From assembly GCF_963921235.1 (NCBI RefSeq), contig NC_086108.1, positions 77,192,001-77,256,000 on the forward strand: DNA of 64,000 nucleotides, read 5' to 3'. The stretch is from Mobula hypostoma. Its lineage: Eukaryota. The translations under genes were made by a program, and so were the position numbers. This document shows, one piece after another, positions 25,420 through 37,609 of this stretch (positions are counted from its first letter, which is position 1; every line of letters starts with the position of its first letter). A model generated the notes under the pieces. That model was given only the letters and a program-made list of their open reading frames with translations, searched no databases and was not told where the DNA came from.

Positions 25420-26478
25420 ACACATTGAAGCAATGCCTCAAGAAGGCAACATCTGACATTGAAGATCTCCACCATCCAGGCCATACCAGTTATTCGCAGC
25501 TATCATTCTCACAGCTACTAAGAAGTACAGAAGACTGAATTCCCAGCCGCCAAATTCAAGAGTAGCTGCCTCCCTTCAACAATTCAATTCTTGAAACAAC
25601 TCGCATAAACCTAATTGCTACAGTTTAGCAACAGTATGAACACTCTAATACTCTGACCACTTTTTACTAAAAGGGACTTTTATTTTGTTCTGATTCTGTC
25701 TTCCTATAAAATGTAGGGTGGAAATTATATTTAATTTATGTTTCTCTTGTGAATGCTGCTTACATGATGCAATGTGCCTGTGATGCTGCTGTGGGTAAGT
25801 TTTTTTTGTTGAACCTGTGTATATAAGGGTTCAAAGGTTCATTCTCTGAGATTCAACTTCTCCAGATAGCCATGAAATACCGAAAAACCATGTAAGTTGT
25901 AAGGACCCCTCTCCTGCAGGAAAAAGAAAAAGAAACAAAACTCGCAATCCCCACAGCCCCCCCAACCCCTCCCTCACACAAAAACTAACAGATCATCCAC
26001 CTGGATGTGGCATCTAAAGCACCAAGCCCTAACTCCCAAGCTCCTCTTACGCAATAAAAACAGCGACGATAGCATCAAACACCCAACCCCTCTCTCACCC
26101 AAAAAAGTAATAGATCGCCCACCCGCCAATTAGCAACAAGAAAAAAAAACAGTAAAACTGAAGTAGACCAACAGAAACTGCAGTCCGCACCAATAATCGT
26201 AGATGTCTCGGAATTTTGAAAACATCCTTCGTCAGCATCGTGGAGAGGAACAGCTCGGACTCAAAACCTGCGTGGGGCCTTCCACTGCTGAGAAGTGGCC
26301 TCCTGACCTCCGGCCCGACCTGTTAAGAGCGCCCACTGACCCGGCCACCTCCACATTCACCTCGATGTTTCTATCTTCCTCGATGCGTTGATCGGCAAGA
26401 AATGGAGTTCGTCGTGACCCCGCGTCCCAGCTCTGGCCTCCTGTTCAGGATAATAAATGCGACTTTGACTTTGACTTC
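25420..26478 (+). mobile_element. Rex1/Babar-type 3' fragment with another repeat inserted at about 25826-26448
   Basis: CLKKATSDIEDLHHPGH remnant. The tail AATAAATGCGACTTTGACTTTGAC resumes at about 26450. Confidence 0.6.
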
Positions 26479-26567
26479 GATGTTAGGCTCACACATCTGT
26501 AATTCCCAGGCTTTTCCTTGCTGACTTTCTTGAAAAGGGGGACAAAATTTGCTGTCCTCCAGTCAGC

Positions 26568-28035
26568 GCTCTCCCTCTCTCTCTCTGGCTATCCATCCCA
26601 TAGGATGATGATGGTTCCTTTCAGTCAGTTAGTGGGGTTGACCCCTCTCCTCAAAAAGGAACAGCGTGTGCATGAATGGATTTTAGGTGAGTAGGGGGTT
26701 ACACAGGTCCAGATCCACCCTCTCGACATCCCCTCCTGGATCCAGCGGCATGGTGAGGTTCAAGACGACTGGGGGAAGTTCTGTTGCAGTGAATGGCCAG
26801 ACCAAGCTTCGATGCAGGGGATGCCCTTTCCGCGCTTCACTGCATGTGTTTGCTGGGTGGCTGTTGACCCTACGAGAGGGTTCATCCGCCCTTTGACAGG
26901 TCTTGTTCTTCATCCTGCAGGGTGCCTAGCCACTCTCCTCACCAGGCAAGATTAAGATGTCAGCTGGCCTGTGCTGGCACCAGTGGGATCAGCAGTTGGT
27001 CTGCCACCTGTCTTCAGGAGAAAGAGAGAGAAGGAAAACAATGGAGCAGCATTTGAAGATGTTAATGAAGGGACGGGAGAGTTTAACGGAAGGAGAGCTG
27101 TCAAGATCGGCTCCCCCTTTGAACCCTGAACTGTTTGAAGTGATGGACAGGCGATACCCCAGCAGGGGAGTAAAAAGGGACAGGTTCGCTAAGGCAAGAC
27201 ACACACGACACCCCGAGGTAACGCGACCCTGGAAGCGGTGCGTCTCCCACAAGGCGGTGGGAAGTTTTGGACGGCTGGTTGCGGGATCAAGCCATAGACG
27301 CACAGGGTGGTAAGGTACGATCGGCGGGAACCTGGTGTGTGTCCACCCTTACCTGGGTGCCAGGTTCACTGCAGAGAAACGATCGTATCTGGAAACGGAG
27401 GGGTCACGGTCGGTGACCTCAGATGACATCACAAGGGGCTCGCACGAAAGCTGACTGCGAAGAATATCGAAGGTCTGTGTGGAAGCCGTTTGAATATTCA
27501 TTCGTTTTGCTCTCTCTCTCCTTCCCCCGACTGTCCATCTCCCACGGCAGCGATTACTGCGAACTGAACTGAACTAAATTGAACTGAACTTTGCGTCGTT
27601 TTGAAACTGGTCATTTACCCCTAGACAACGATAGAGCTTGATTGATCCTGTTATCTTAATTCTGTGTACATGTGTATTTATCATTGCTGAACTGTTGCAT
27701 TTATTATCCTTTTGATTAGAGTACTGTGTTGCTTGTTTCTTTAATAAAACTTTCTAGTTCTAGTAATCCAGACTCCAACTGAGTGATCCATTTCTGCTGG
27801 TTTGGCAACCCAGTTACGGGGTACGTAACAGTGGCTGTTGACCCTACGAGAGGGTTCATCCGCCCTTTGACAAGTCTTGTTCTTCGTCCTGCAGGGTGTC
27901 TAGCCACCCTCCTCACCAGGCAAGCCTTGTGGGGGAGCCGGTTTAGTTGCCGACCACTCCACCATGCGACAGGTAGTACTGGGTTACATGTTACCAGTAG
28001 CACTCAGACGAGTGACCTGACCTGTCAGCTACTAC
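26568..28035 (-). mobile_element. Unclassified non-coding retroposon with a (GA)n tail, interrupted by an LTR fragment
   Basis: GC-rich block bounded by (CT)n at about 26570-26586 and flanked on both sides by contiguous old CR1 sequence. Confidence 0.45.
26951..27830 (+). mobile_element. 5'-truncated LTR-like sequence
   Basis: Ends ...AATAAA...GTTACGGGGTACGTAACA, is CpG-rich, and is flanked by a 94-bp direct repeat. Confidence 0.6.
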
Positions 28036-28319
28036 CTCATTGGTAAAGATTTAAAAGTCTCAACCAGAGCTGCAGAAGTTTCTTCCCTTCCATCTCATAG
28101 TAGTTAGGGATAAATCTTATTTGGCTTTCGGGATTTATCCACGATTAAGTCTCTTAAGCCTCTTAACCTCCTCTTTATTTATGGAGACTTGCACTAGTAT
28201 GCTATTGTTCCCATCATCCCTAATTGATCTTATTCTTTCATTCGTTTGTCCTTAATTTATTTATCTATTGACATCTATCTTGGAATGTTCTGTGGCAGAT
28301 GGAACTGCTCCACATTTCC

Positions 28320-29320
28320 TTTCTATGCAGAGCAGTGTACGACCTGCTCCCAACACCTGCCAACCCCAGCACCTGGTATAAGACAGACAGGTGTGTTGTT
28401 TGTGGTGAGAAGGGAACACTTCAACATATTTTGAGTGCATGCAGAGTCAATCTTTCCAGCGGCATGTACACTTAGAGACATAACAACGTTCTCAAAGTTG
28501 TAACAGAAGCAGTTGAGCAGAGAGTACTGCAGCACAACTTATCTCATGCCCCATGCTGCACAGAACATCGCATATCAATTGTGAAAGAAGGCTCCAAGTC
28601 AAGGGTGTACAGCGCAGGCTCACGATCAAGCTTACTTTCTTCAGCCAGTGACTGGTGTGTCAAGGCTGACCTGGATGGGAAAGACAGTTTCCCGGAGCAA
28701 ATAGTTTTCACAACATTGCGTCCAGATGTAATCGTATGGTCAGACACCAGTAGAGAAGTAGTTATTGGTGAACTCACAGTCCCCTGGGAAGACAACATCG
28801 ATGAAGCCCATGAGCGCAAGTTAACCAAGTATGCAGAATTAAGATCAGAGTGCAGAGACAGAGGGTGGAAGGTCTCATACTATCCATTCGAAGTAGGTTG
28901 CTGTGGCTTTATTGCGTTCACTTTCCAGAAGTGGCTGCATGACCTTGGCTTCACTAAAACAGAGATCAAGTCAACCAGCAGGGCTGCAGCTGAGGCAGCA
29001 GAGACAGGATCAGCATGGGTGTGGACCAAATACGTCCAGAGGGGCAGATAGTCAGACAGTGTATCCACCTTTTGCAAACCCTTCAGTAGTTGCATCGAGG
29101 AGACACCTGAAGAGCAGACTATTTGTTGGATGGAAGCGACCAACAACTCTGATAGAGGCAGATGCCAAGTTTTTAAGCTCATGAGTGGGAGGTGGTGCTT
29201 TAGCACTGCTGGCACGCCACCTCGAGGGAGTCTTGATCATAAGTGGGCCGAAACTCCTGAAAGCAGGTGGCACATCAACTGATGATCCCACTGGTGATAG
29301 CACAGGACAGTTAACATCTT
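28320..29320 (+). mobile_element. HERO-like non-LTR retrotransposon 3' fragment (CCHC + restriction-like endonuclease)
   Basis: LCGEKGTLQHILSAC..RHNNVL..LRPDVIVWS..IGELTVPWED..HERKLTKY..PFEVGCCGF..SAWVW. The stop is at 29051 and a 3' UTR follows. Confidence 0.85.
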
Positions 29321-29529
29321 AGTCCAAGTGTATTTTCAATTCAATTCTAAAAAGCTTTTCGATTTACTTTTATCCTATCTGTCAATGATATCTCGTGAGC
29401 CCTTTTTGCCTTCTTAATTCCTAATACCTTTATAAGCAACTATCTACATTTTATAGTATACACTTGATAGGTCTACTCTGTCTCTAGTTCTCCATATTTG
29501 CCTTCCTTTTTCCTCCTTAACCAACCGTT

Positions 29530-30403
29530 TGTCACAAATGGTGGGGGCATGGGAGCAAGGGTGGACCCAAATGCAAGACACATCCTGTGAGGTTAATTAA
29601 ATTTAGTTTATTGTTTGATATCAGGAGAGCTAGGCAGGAGCAGGAGTAGCGAACTGGACAAGGACTGAGGACTACGACTAGGCTGGGACCAAGGGTCTGG
29701 GCTAGGACTCGGAATCGGCTCCCAGAACTAGAGGAGACATGAAGAGGCTAGGGTATGGACTCGGAGTCCGACACTGGGCAAGGACCCCAGAACCAGGCAA
29801 GGACATGACATGGGCTAGGGAGAGGATGAACATGGGAATATAGAGCCTCGGTCTCGGAGAGCAGGTACATGGAACCATAGACACATACACAGAACACGGA
29901 GTCAGGACCCCTCCTTGGGTACAGGACATAGGGCCGGGACTCACACACAGAACAGAGAGCCGGGACCCCTCCTTGGGTACAGGGCATAGGGCCGGGACTC
30001 ATGACCCTTCGCGGGGCAACGGCAAGACGGCCTGACTTACCCCCACGGAGGCGAGGACAAGACAAGACAGAACATGACCCCCCGCGGGGCAACGGCAAGT
30101 TGGCCTGACCTACCCCACGGAGGCGAGGACAAGACAAGACAAGACAAGACCCCCCATGGGGCAACGGCAAGACGGCCTGACCTACCCATGGAGGCGAGGA
30201 CAAGACAAGACAAGACATGACTCCCCGCGGGGCAACGGCAAGACGGCCAGACTTACCCCCACAGAGGCGAGGACAAGACAAGACCAACACGAATGAACAC
30301 CAGACAGTACCTATCTACCTCTGGCGATGGAACTAGACCGAAGTGCAGGCGGGGGCTGCAGACGAGGGCTAGAGGCGAGAGGGGCAGAGAAGGGATTCAG
30401 ACA
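29530..30403. mobile_element. LTR-element fragment containing tandem repeats
   Basis: Starts TGTCACAAA. Contains two units of about 57 bp (29880-30000) and four units of about 73 bp with GGGGCAACGGCAAG..GGAGGCGAGGACAAGACAAGAC (30000-30285). Confidence 0.6.
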
Positions 30404-30419
30404 ACAATTAGATAAATCT

Positions 30420-31400
30420 TCTAAGGATACATTTTCATCAATGTAAACAGGAACAAATACAATTCTAATAAGAAGTACCTACCATTAAGCTCAAATGAAA
30501 GCACAACCCAGAAAAAATGAAGGAGTATCTCTACAGAAGAAAAAGTTAGGCAATGGAAGAGCATAATCCTCCATGGAAGACATCCCCACAATGTGAGCAA
30601 ATGAGAAATAACTGTGCTTGGCTTTGCCTGAATTTCAGGATTTAACAGCTTGAGTGGTGAAAAAAATAAAAATAATAATAATAATTTATTTATAGAGCAC
30701 TTTTCATTCGAACAATGTAGTTCAAAGCGTGTCGAATGCCTAGCTCAGAGTTGGAGATCTCCTCCCAAAAACCTTGTGATAGTATAGGATCAGGTAGCTA
30801 ACACAAAAAAATTATTAAGAATATCTGATAAAAGGCCAACAATTTCAAGACAATAATGCAGAAAATGCCAAGAGAAACCAGAAACAATCCAACACATTAC
30901 AGGATCCTGCAGCAGTTTAACTCAATCTGATAATTATAAACATCATTCACCAAAGTCTTGCTTTAAAATACAAACTCATAAAAGACATCATACCTTCCTA
31001 TAAATAGAAGCCTGATCTAGTTTTAGAGTCAAAGTCCTGTAAATTATATTACGACTGATCTATTATTACAAATAGGACAAACCATAATAACTGTCTGGAA
31101 TAATATTACAGGATAAACAAGCAAGAACAACTTAATAGCCATTCCAAACACTCATAACTTACTGAAAAACAACAAAAACATCCTGAATTAAAAGAGGAAG
31201 TTGAAAGACTATAGAACGTGAACAGGGTATACATTTTACCAATAGTAATATCTACAACTGGTATCATCCCAAAGTCACTATTAGGCATATACAGCAATAT
31301 TTATATAAATCTTCAGAAAGCCACAGTACTAAACACCACTAGAATAGTCCAAAGGTTCCATGTAATTGAGAAATGAGTGTGCTTGGCTTTTTCTGGCATT
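30420..31400 (+). mobile_element. R4/Dong-like non-LTR retrotransposon 3' fragment, degenerate
   Basis: Manual translation gives QWKSIILHGRHP..QDQV..CRKCQEKPETIQHITGSC..IAIPNTHN..LPIVISTTGIIPKSL..LQKATVLNTTRIVQRF. Confidence 0.75.
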
Positions 31401-31439
31401 GCAGGTTTTACTAGCTTGAACTGAGAAAAAATTTTTATA

Positions 31440-33855
31440 AATATATACTTATTTATAGAGCACTTTTCATACAGACGATGTAGTTCAAAGTGCTTTACCG
31501 TGAGATAAAGTGTAAACATAAAAATAAAAAAACAAAACAATGTTAGTTAAAAGCAAAGGTTAAAAAACAGATTTTGACCTGGCATTTAAAAATGTCAACA
31601 GACTCTGCGTGCCTTATAGTTTTAGGTATTGAGTTCCACAGTTTAAGAGCATAGTTCAATAAAGCTGACCTGCTAATTGAAGGAGATGTTTAAATTTAAG
31701 AGACAGAGGAAGGAGACCTGAGAGCTCGAGCAGGATTATGAAACAAAAACAATTCTGTGATGTGCTCTGGTTCCAGACCATTGAGAGCTTGAAAAACAAG
31801 TAAGAGAACTTTAAAATCAATTCTAAAAGGTACAGGAAGCCAATGCAAAATAGTGAGGATGGGAGTGATATGCTCCATCATCCTGGTTTTAGTTAAAAGT
31901 CTATCAGCGGGATTCTGAATGAGTTTAAGTTTATCAATCGATTGCTTTGAAAAGCCAGTAAAAGGCGCATTGCAGTAATCCAGTCTATTGAATATAAATG
32001 TGATATAGTTTTTCAGCATCATTATGAAACAGAGAAGGGCTACAAAATATTAAACTATTTTTAATTTTATCTTCATTTAGTTTTAGGGAATTATTGCTCA
32101 TCCGTTTGTTTATTGCAGCCATACCAGAAGTCAGAGAAAATAGGATGTTATTATCATCAGGCTCAACCGAGATATACAATTGTGTGTCATCGGTATAACT
32201 GTGGAAATTAAATTTATGTTCCTTAATTATATCTCAAAAGGGGAGCATGTATAAGGAGAAGAGTAGGAGACCAAGACAGCTTTCCTGAGCAACTTCAAAA
32301 GATACATTATATCTTTTAGATAAGTGGTCTCCAAGATAGTCTCTTTTTTTCTCTTTTAAGGTATCTGAGCAAAACCAATTAAGGTCATTACCAGAGAGGC
32401 TAAATTAGTTCTCAAGCTAGCTAGGAGAAGGTCGTGGTCAATTGTGTCAAAGACATCACCTAGATTTAAAATTGAATTAGAACTGAGACCCTGTTAGCAC
32501 CAGTTTTGAGCCAAAGGTCACTGACAATTTTGGTAAGGGCCGTCTCTGTGCTGTCGTTTGTTCTCAGACCTGACTGAAACTTTACTAGGATATTTTTCTC
32601 ATTCAGAAAGTTGTTGAGTTGGTTGAAAATAACTTTTCCCATGAATCCTTCCCAGGAAGGGATGATTTGATTTAGGCCTGTAGTCAGCTAGTACCTTACT
32701 ATCAAGGTTTAGCTTTATAAGTAGGGGTTTGACACGCACAATTTTGAAGGCATCTGGAAAATCTTCAGTTTCAAGAGATGTGTTAATAGTTTTCCTAACA
32801 GAATTGAAAACACTAGTAAAAGAGTTCTTAAAAAGTGTGGTAGGAGTAGTGTCAATAATGTAAGCAGATTGTTTACTCTTTGTTACAATCTTATGGAGTT
32901 CTAAGTTGGAAATACTTGTAAATTTTCACATGGTTGCCGTCTTTTTACGAGGTTGCCTTTAGAGGTTATGAAGTGTCTTTAGATATACTCTCCCTAATGG
33001 AAGTAGATTGTTGATACAAAATATTGCAAATTCCTCATATTTTGTGGCAGATGCTCGACTGAGGACATTATACGTTGGGGCAGTGTTCAACAGTCAGTTG
33101 ATAGTTGAGAACAATGTCCTTGAATCACCACTATTCTTTGCAATAATCTTGGAAAAGTGGGCTCTTCTTGCAGAGTCTATAGCATAGTTAAAGGAGGCTA
33201 GATTTCCTTGAAAATATTATGGTGGGCTTTCAACCCAGCTTTCCTCCATTTTCTCTCAGCATGAGCTCTTGACCTGTAGAGAGAATTGTTTAACCATGGT
33301 GACGATTTTACTCAGAGATTTCCTGTTAGCCCTCAGTGGGTACTGTGTTTAATATGTTTGTCAAGATTTTGTTGTAAGAATTAATGAGTTCACTTACTGA
33401 GCGGTTTATGTCACATTGGTCAGCTAAAGTAGCTAACTCAGAGAATATAAGTTGCGTTACAACATCAAGAAACTATTTCTTAACTAAAATTTTTCGTGGT
33501 CTTGGTTACAGGCAGGAGAGCATCAAAAAGTATACAAAAATAGTGCCATCAGACAAAGATACATTAATAATATTTAACCCTTTTTTATTACTATGTTTAG
33601 TGTATTTCCAAATTGATGGGTAGTTTCAGTGACTCGTTGGGCAAGATCTAGCCTGTCTAGAAAGTTCATGAATTCAGCTGCCATTGAGTTTGCATCTGAG
33701 AGATCATTAACATGAATACTGAAAGCATGAGTGATTGTCAAGCACAGCTCAATATTATAGAGGGTAAGAATTCCGAGACAAAGCAGGCGTTGGACTTAGG
33801 ATGGTGATAAATGATAACACAGAGGACAGGATCCATATTACAAATTGTAAACGTG
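31440..33855 (-). mobile_element. L2-clade LINE, 3' part, degenerate
   Basis: RLDYCNA..LKLIQN.A.RLLT..EHITPIL..LHWLPV.FRIDFKVLLL, with an L2-type 3' end TAAAGCACTTTGAACTACA..GAAAAGTGCTCTATAAATAA. A short second tail lies at about 30670-30730. Confidence 0.85.
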
Positions 33856-34102
33856 TGTTACGTTTTGTAAATACAAAACATTAAACTAATTAAAAGAAGA
33901 GAGGTAATCCAGGAATGTAGCTTTAACTTCGTCTTTTACTTGAAGTGAGGTGTGCTCGTATCATGTGGTAGTGTGATGATGTATGCAATTAATGTATTTA
34001 TACATATAATCCATGACGAATTATTTAAATAAACAAGAATTTTAATCAAGCAATATATATACAAGATCACTCAATCGTTACTTAAATATTAAATACACAA
34101 TG
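33856..34102 (-). repeat. 3' LTR of the Gypsy element
   Basis: Aligns with 41474-41695 (shared TTTAACTTCGTCTTTTACTT, GTATGCAATTAA and TAAATATTAAATACACAA). Confidence 0.85.
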
Positions 34103-36137
34103 CTTACTATAAACTCCAACTCAATATAGAATGCATCTCGACTATATACACAGTAAATTATATAATAGAACTATGAAATACAGATATCTACAGAAAAGTT
34201 ATTTTATAATTGTCCTATTCAGTATTCAGTCACTGTGGAGGATTTCTCACTCTTGTGGGATAATGTCTTTCATGACTTGGGGGATCGCTCTTCTTGCTAG
34301 GTGAGACTAGTGGCTGTGAAGCAATCTCAGGTTCTGAGATCTCCTCTGCAGTGGTTGTAGGAGTTGACTCTGAGACTGCAGGGAGTGGTTCTGATAGTGG
34401 TAGCCAACTTCCTTCTCTATCAATTGACTCTGCTCTCCTCAACTGATCAATGTGTTGTCTCCAGATGATATGAGACTCAATCTCCACTGTGTAGGAGAGC
34501 GGTCCAGTTCTTCCCTTAACCTTTCCGAGTACCCACTTTTGATCATTTCTGTAGTCCCTCACCAGGACTGCTTGCCCAGGAGAGGAACATCGAACCTCCT
34601 TGTTTGAGGAGCCTCCATTTTGTCTCAGCTGTTTGTCCTGTATCCTTTTCTGAGACTGGCTTTGGGGAGATCTAAGTATGAAAGCAAGGGATGACCAAGG
34701 AAGAGCATAGCTGGTGAGTTGTTGGTGGTGGAGTGAGCTGCATTGCAGTATACAAGGAGGAAATTAACGAGCTTCTGGTTCAGTGTTAATGCAGTGTGTT
34801 CTGCTGATATTTCTCACAGTGTACTTTTGACTCAGGGCAAACCTTTCCACCAAGCCATTTGTGGCTGGGTGGTTCAGTGCAGATGTGCTATGTCTTACTC
34901 CATTCGTTTTCAGGAATGATTAAAACTGTTCTGCCACAAACTATGGTCCATTGTCACCGACTAAGTGTTCTGGAAAACCAGTACTTGAGAAGAGGTTTCT
35001 CAACACATCAGCAGTGTGTGAGGCTGTAGTGGAGGCTATTGGGAATACTTCTGGCCACTTTGTAGCTGTGTCCACTACTACCAAGAAATGTGTGCCCTTG
35101 AATGGCCCGCCAAAATCCCCATGAATCCTTTGCCAGGGAAAAGCAGGCCATTCCTAGGGATGGAGAGGTGCTGCTCTTGGCATCTTCTACATGTGTTGGC
35201 ATCCTGAACAGTGCATGGCAAGCTGCTGGATCTGCTGACCTATCTCAGTCCACCAGACAAAGCTTCAATCCAACCACACCCAGGTGACCAGCATGTAGCT
35301 CCTCCAACAATTTAACTCTCAGCTTGGATGGTGGAACAACTCTCAATCTCCACATCAGGCAACTCTTGTCAAGGGCAAGCTCAATCCAGCGCAGGTAAAA
35401 ATGGGGGAAGTTAAATTTCTTTTGCACATTCCAGCCATTTTGGGTGGCCACAGCTATGTAGACCTGGGACATTGTGGGGTCTTTTCCGGTTTCCCTTTGG
35501 ATCATCTCTGCTGTAATAGGGAGACATCTGGTTTGTGTGAAGGAGAAGAAGTCAAGAGGAGTGTCTTTTTCAGTAAATTTTTACAGTACTTCTTTTTCCA
35601 GGGATAAATGGGACGATCTATCAGTATTTCCATGATTACTCATCCTCTTGAATTCAGTCTCGTAATTGTGTCCTCCAAGAAACAAAGCCCATCTTTACAT
35701 TCATGCTGCTGTTAGTGGATTGAAAGTGGACACTAGTGGTTGATGATCAGTAACGTAGGTAAACTCTCTTCCATACAAGTACTGGTTGAAACGTTTTACA
35801 TCTCAAACCAGACTCAAGGAATCCCTGTCAATCTGTGTGTAATTTTTCTCTGCAGCTGTAAGGAAATGTGATGCGAAGGCTATGGGGTGTTCACTTCTGT
35901 CACTCATAACATGTGACATGACTACAGCGATACCATAAGTGAGGTATCACAGGCAGGCTTTGCTGTATAACATGGATCATAATATGTCAGTACAGTGTCT
36001 GATGTCACCATTTCCCTTACCTTTTTGAAAGCTATCTCATGCTGCGTTGTCCATTGCCATTTCTTCCCTATCTGCAGTAATGAGTTGAAGGGATGGAGCG
36101 CAGTAGCCAGGCTTGGCAGGAATCCGTTATAGTCCTT

Positions 36138-36931
36138 GTGCACTTTCATAGTAGAAATAAATGTGCAGACTATTTTGTAAATAGGGAGAAAATCCAAAAA
36201 TCTGAGATGCAAAGGGACTTGGGAGTCCTTGTGCAGAACACCCTTGCAGGTACATTCGGTGGTGAGGAAGGCAAATGCAATGTTAACATTCATTTCGAGA
36301 GGTCTAGAATATAAGAGCAGGGATGTGATGCTGAGGCTTTATAAGGCACTGGTGAGGCCCCACCTTGAGTACTATTGACAGTTTTGGACTCCTCATCTAA
36401 GAAAAGCTGTGTTGGCATTGGAGAGGGTTCAGAGGAGGTTCACAAGAATGATTCCAGGAATGAAAGGGTTATCATATGAGGAAAGTTTGATGGCTTTAAG
36501 TTGTACTTGCTAGAATTTAGACGTACTGGGGGAGAGGATCTCACTGAAACCTTTTGAATGTTGAAAGGCCCAGACAGAGTAGATGTGGAAAGGATGTTTC
36601 CCATGGTGGGAGAGTCTAGGACAAGAGGGCACAGACTCAGGATAGAGGGGCATCATTTAAAACAGAGGGGTGGGAAACCTCTTTAGCCAGAGGGTAGTGA
36701 ATTCGTGGAATTTGTTACCACCGGCAGCTGTGGAGGCCAGGTTGCTGGGTGTATGTAAGGCAGAGATTGAGAAGTTCTTGATTGGACATGGCATCAAAAG
36801 TTACGGGGAGAAGATCAGGATGTGGGGCTGAGGAGAGGAAAAAAAGGATCAGCCATGACTGAATGGTGGAGCAACTCGATGGGCCGAATGGCCTAATTCA
36901 GCTCCTATGTCTTATGGTCTTATGGTCTTAT
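36138..36931 (+). mobile_element. CR1 3' fragment inserted in the Gypsy pol
   Basis: LYKALVRPHLEY remnant and a (TCTTATGG)n tail. GTCCTT occurs at both junctions. Confidence 0.88.
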
Positions 36932-37609
36932 GTCCTTTGGCCTTGGGGCGTCAACCGCTGGTTGTATTTTCTGAGCACACTTGTGTAATCCTTGTGCATC
37001 AATCGTGTGACCACAGTAAGTGACGCTTGGTTTAAAGAATTCACATTTGTCGCGCCGTGCTCTGAGCCCATAATCTTCTAATTGTTTTCACATTGTCTTG
37101 AGGTTTTGGAGATGTTCCCTTTCATCCTTACTGGTAGCAATGATGTCATCCAGGTAACACTGAGTGCCTGGGCAGCTTTGCAGCACCTGTTCTACAACTT
37201 CCTGCCAGAGTGCAGGTGCAGATACCACTCCAAAAATAAGCCTATTATATCGATGAAGCCCTTTGTGAGTGTTTATGGTGAGAAACACTTTGTAGTTTGC
37301 TACTATCTAGATCTGCAAGTAGGCCACTTGCTAAGTCCTCTTTGCTGAAGTGTTTTCCTCCAGAAAGGTTTGCAAAGATATCCTCTGCCCTGGGCAGCAC
37401 TGGATTAATGGTAGCATTAGAACTACCACAGATCCTGACAGATCCATTCTTCTCAGCTACTGGGACCACTGGAATTGGCCATGGGCTCCACTCAACCTTT
37501 GGAAAGAATTCCTTCAGCCTCCATGTGATCTACCTCACAGACTACTTTATCATGGATGAAATGAGGAACCAGATGGGCTTTGTAAAACTTGGATTGGCAA
37601 TTTCGTTTA

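Noticed and set aside
30000..30285. Regularly spaced repeats resembling a CRISPR array
   Set aside because: Whole units repeat without unique spacers, there are no cas genes, and the context is eukaryotic.
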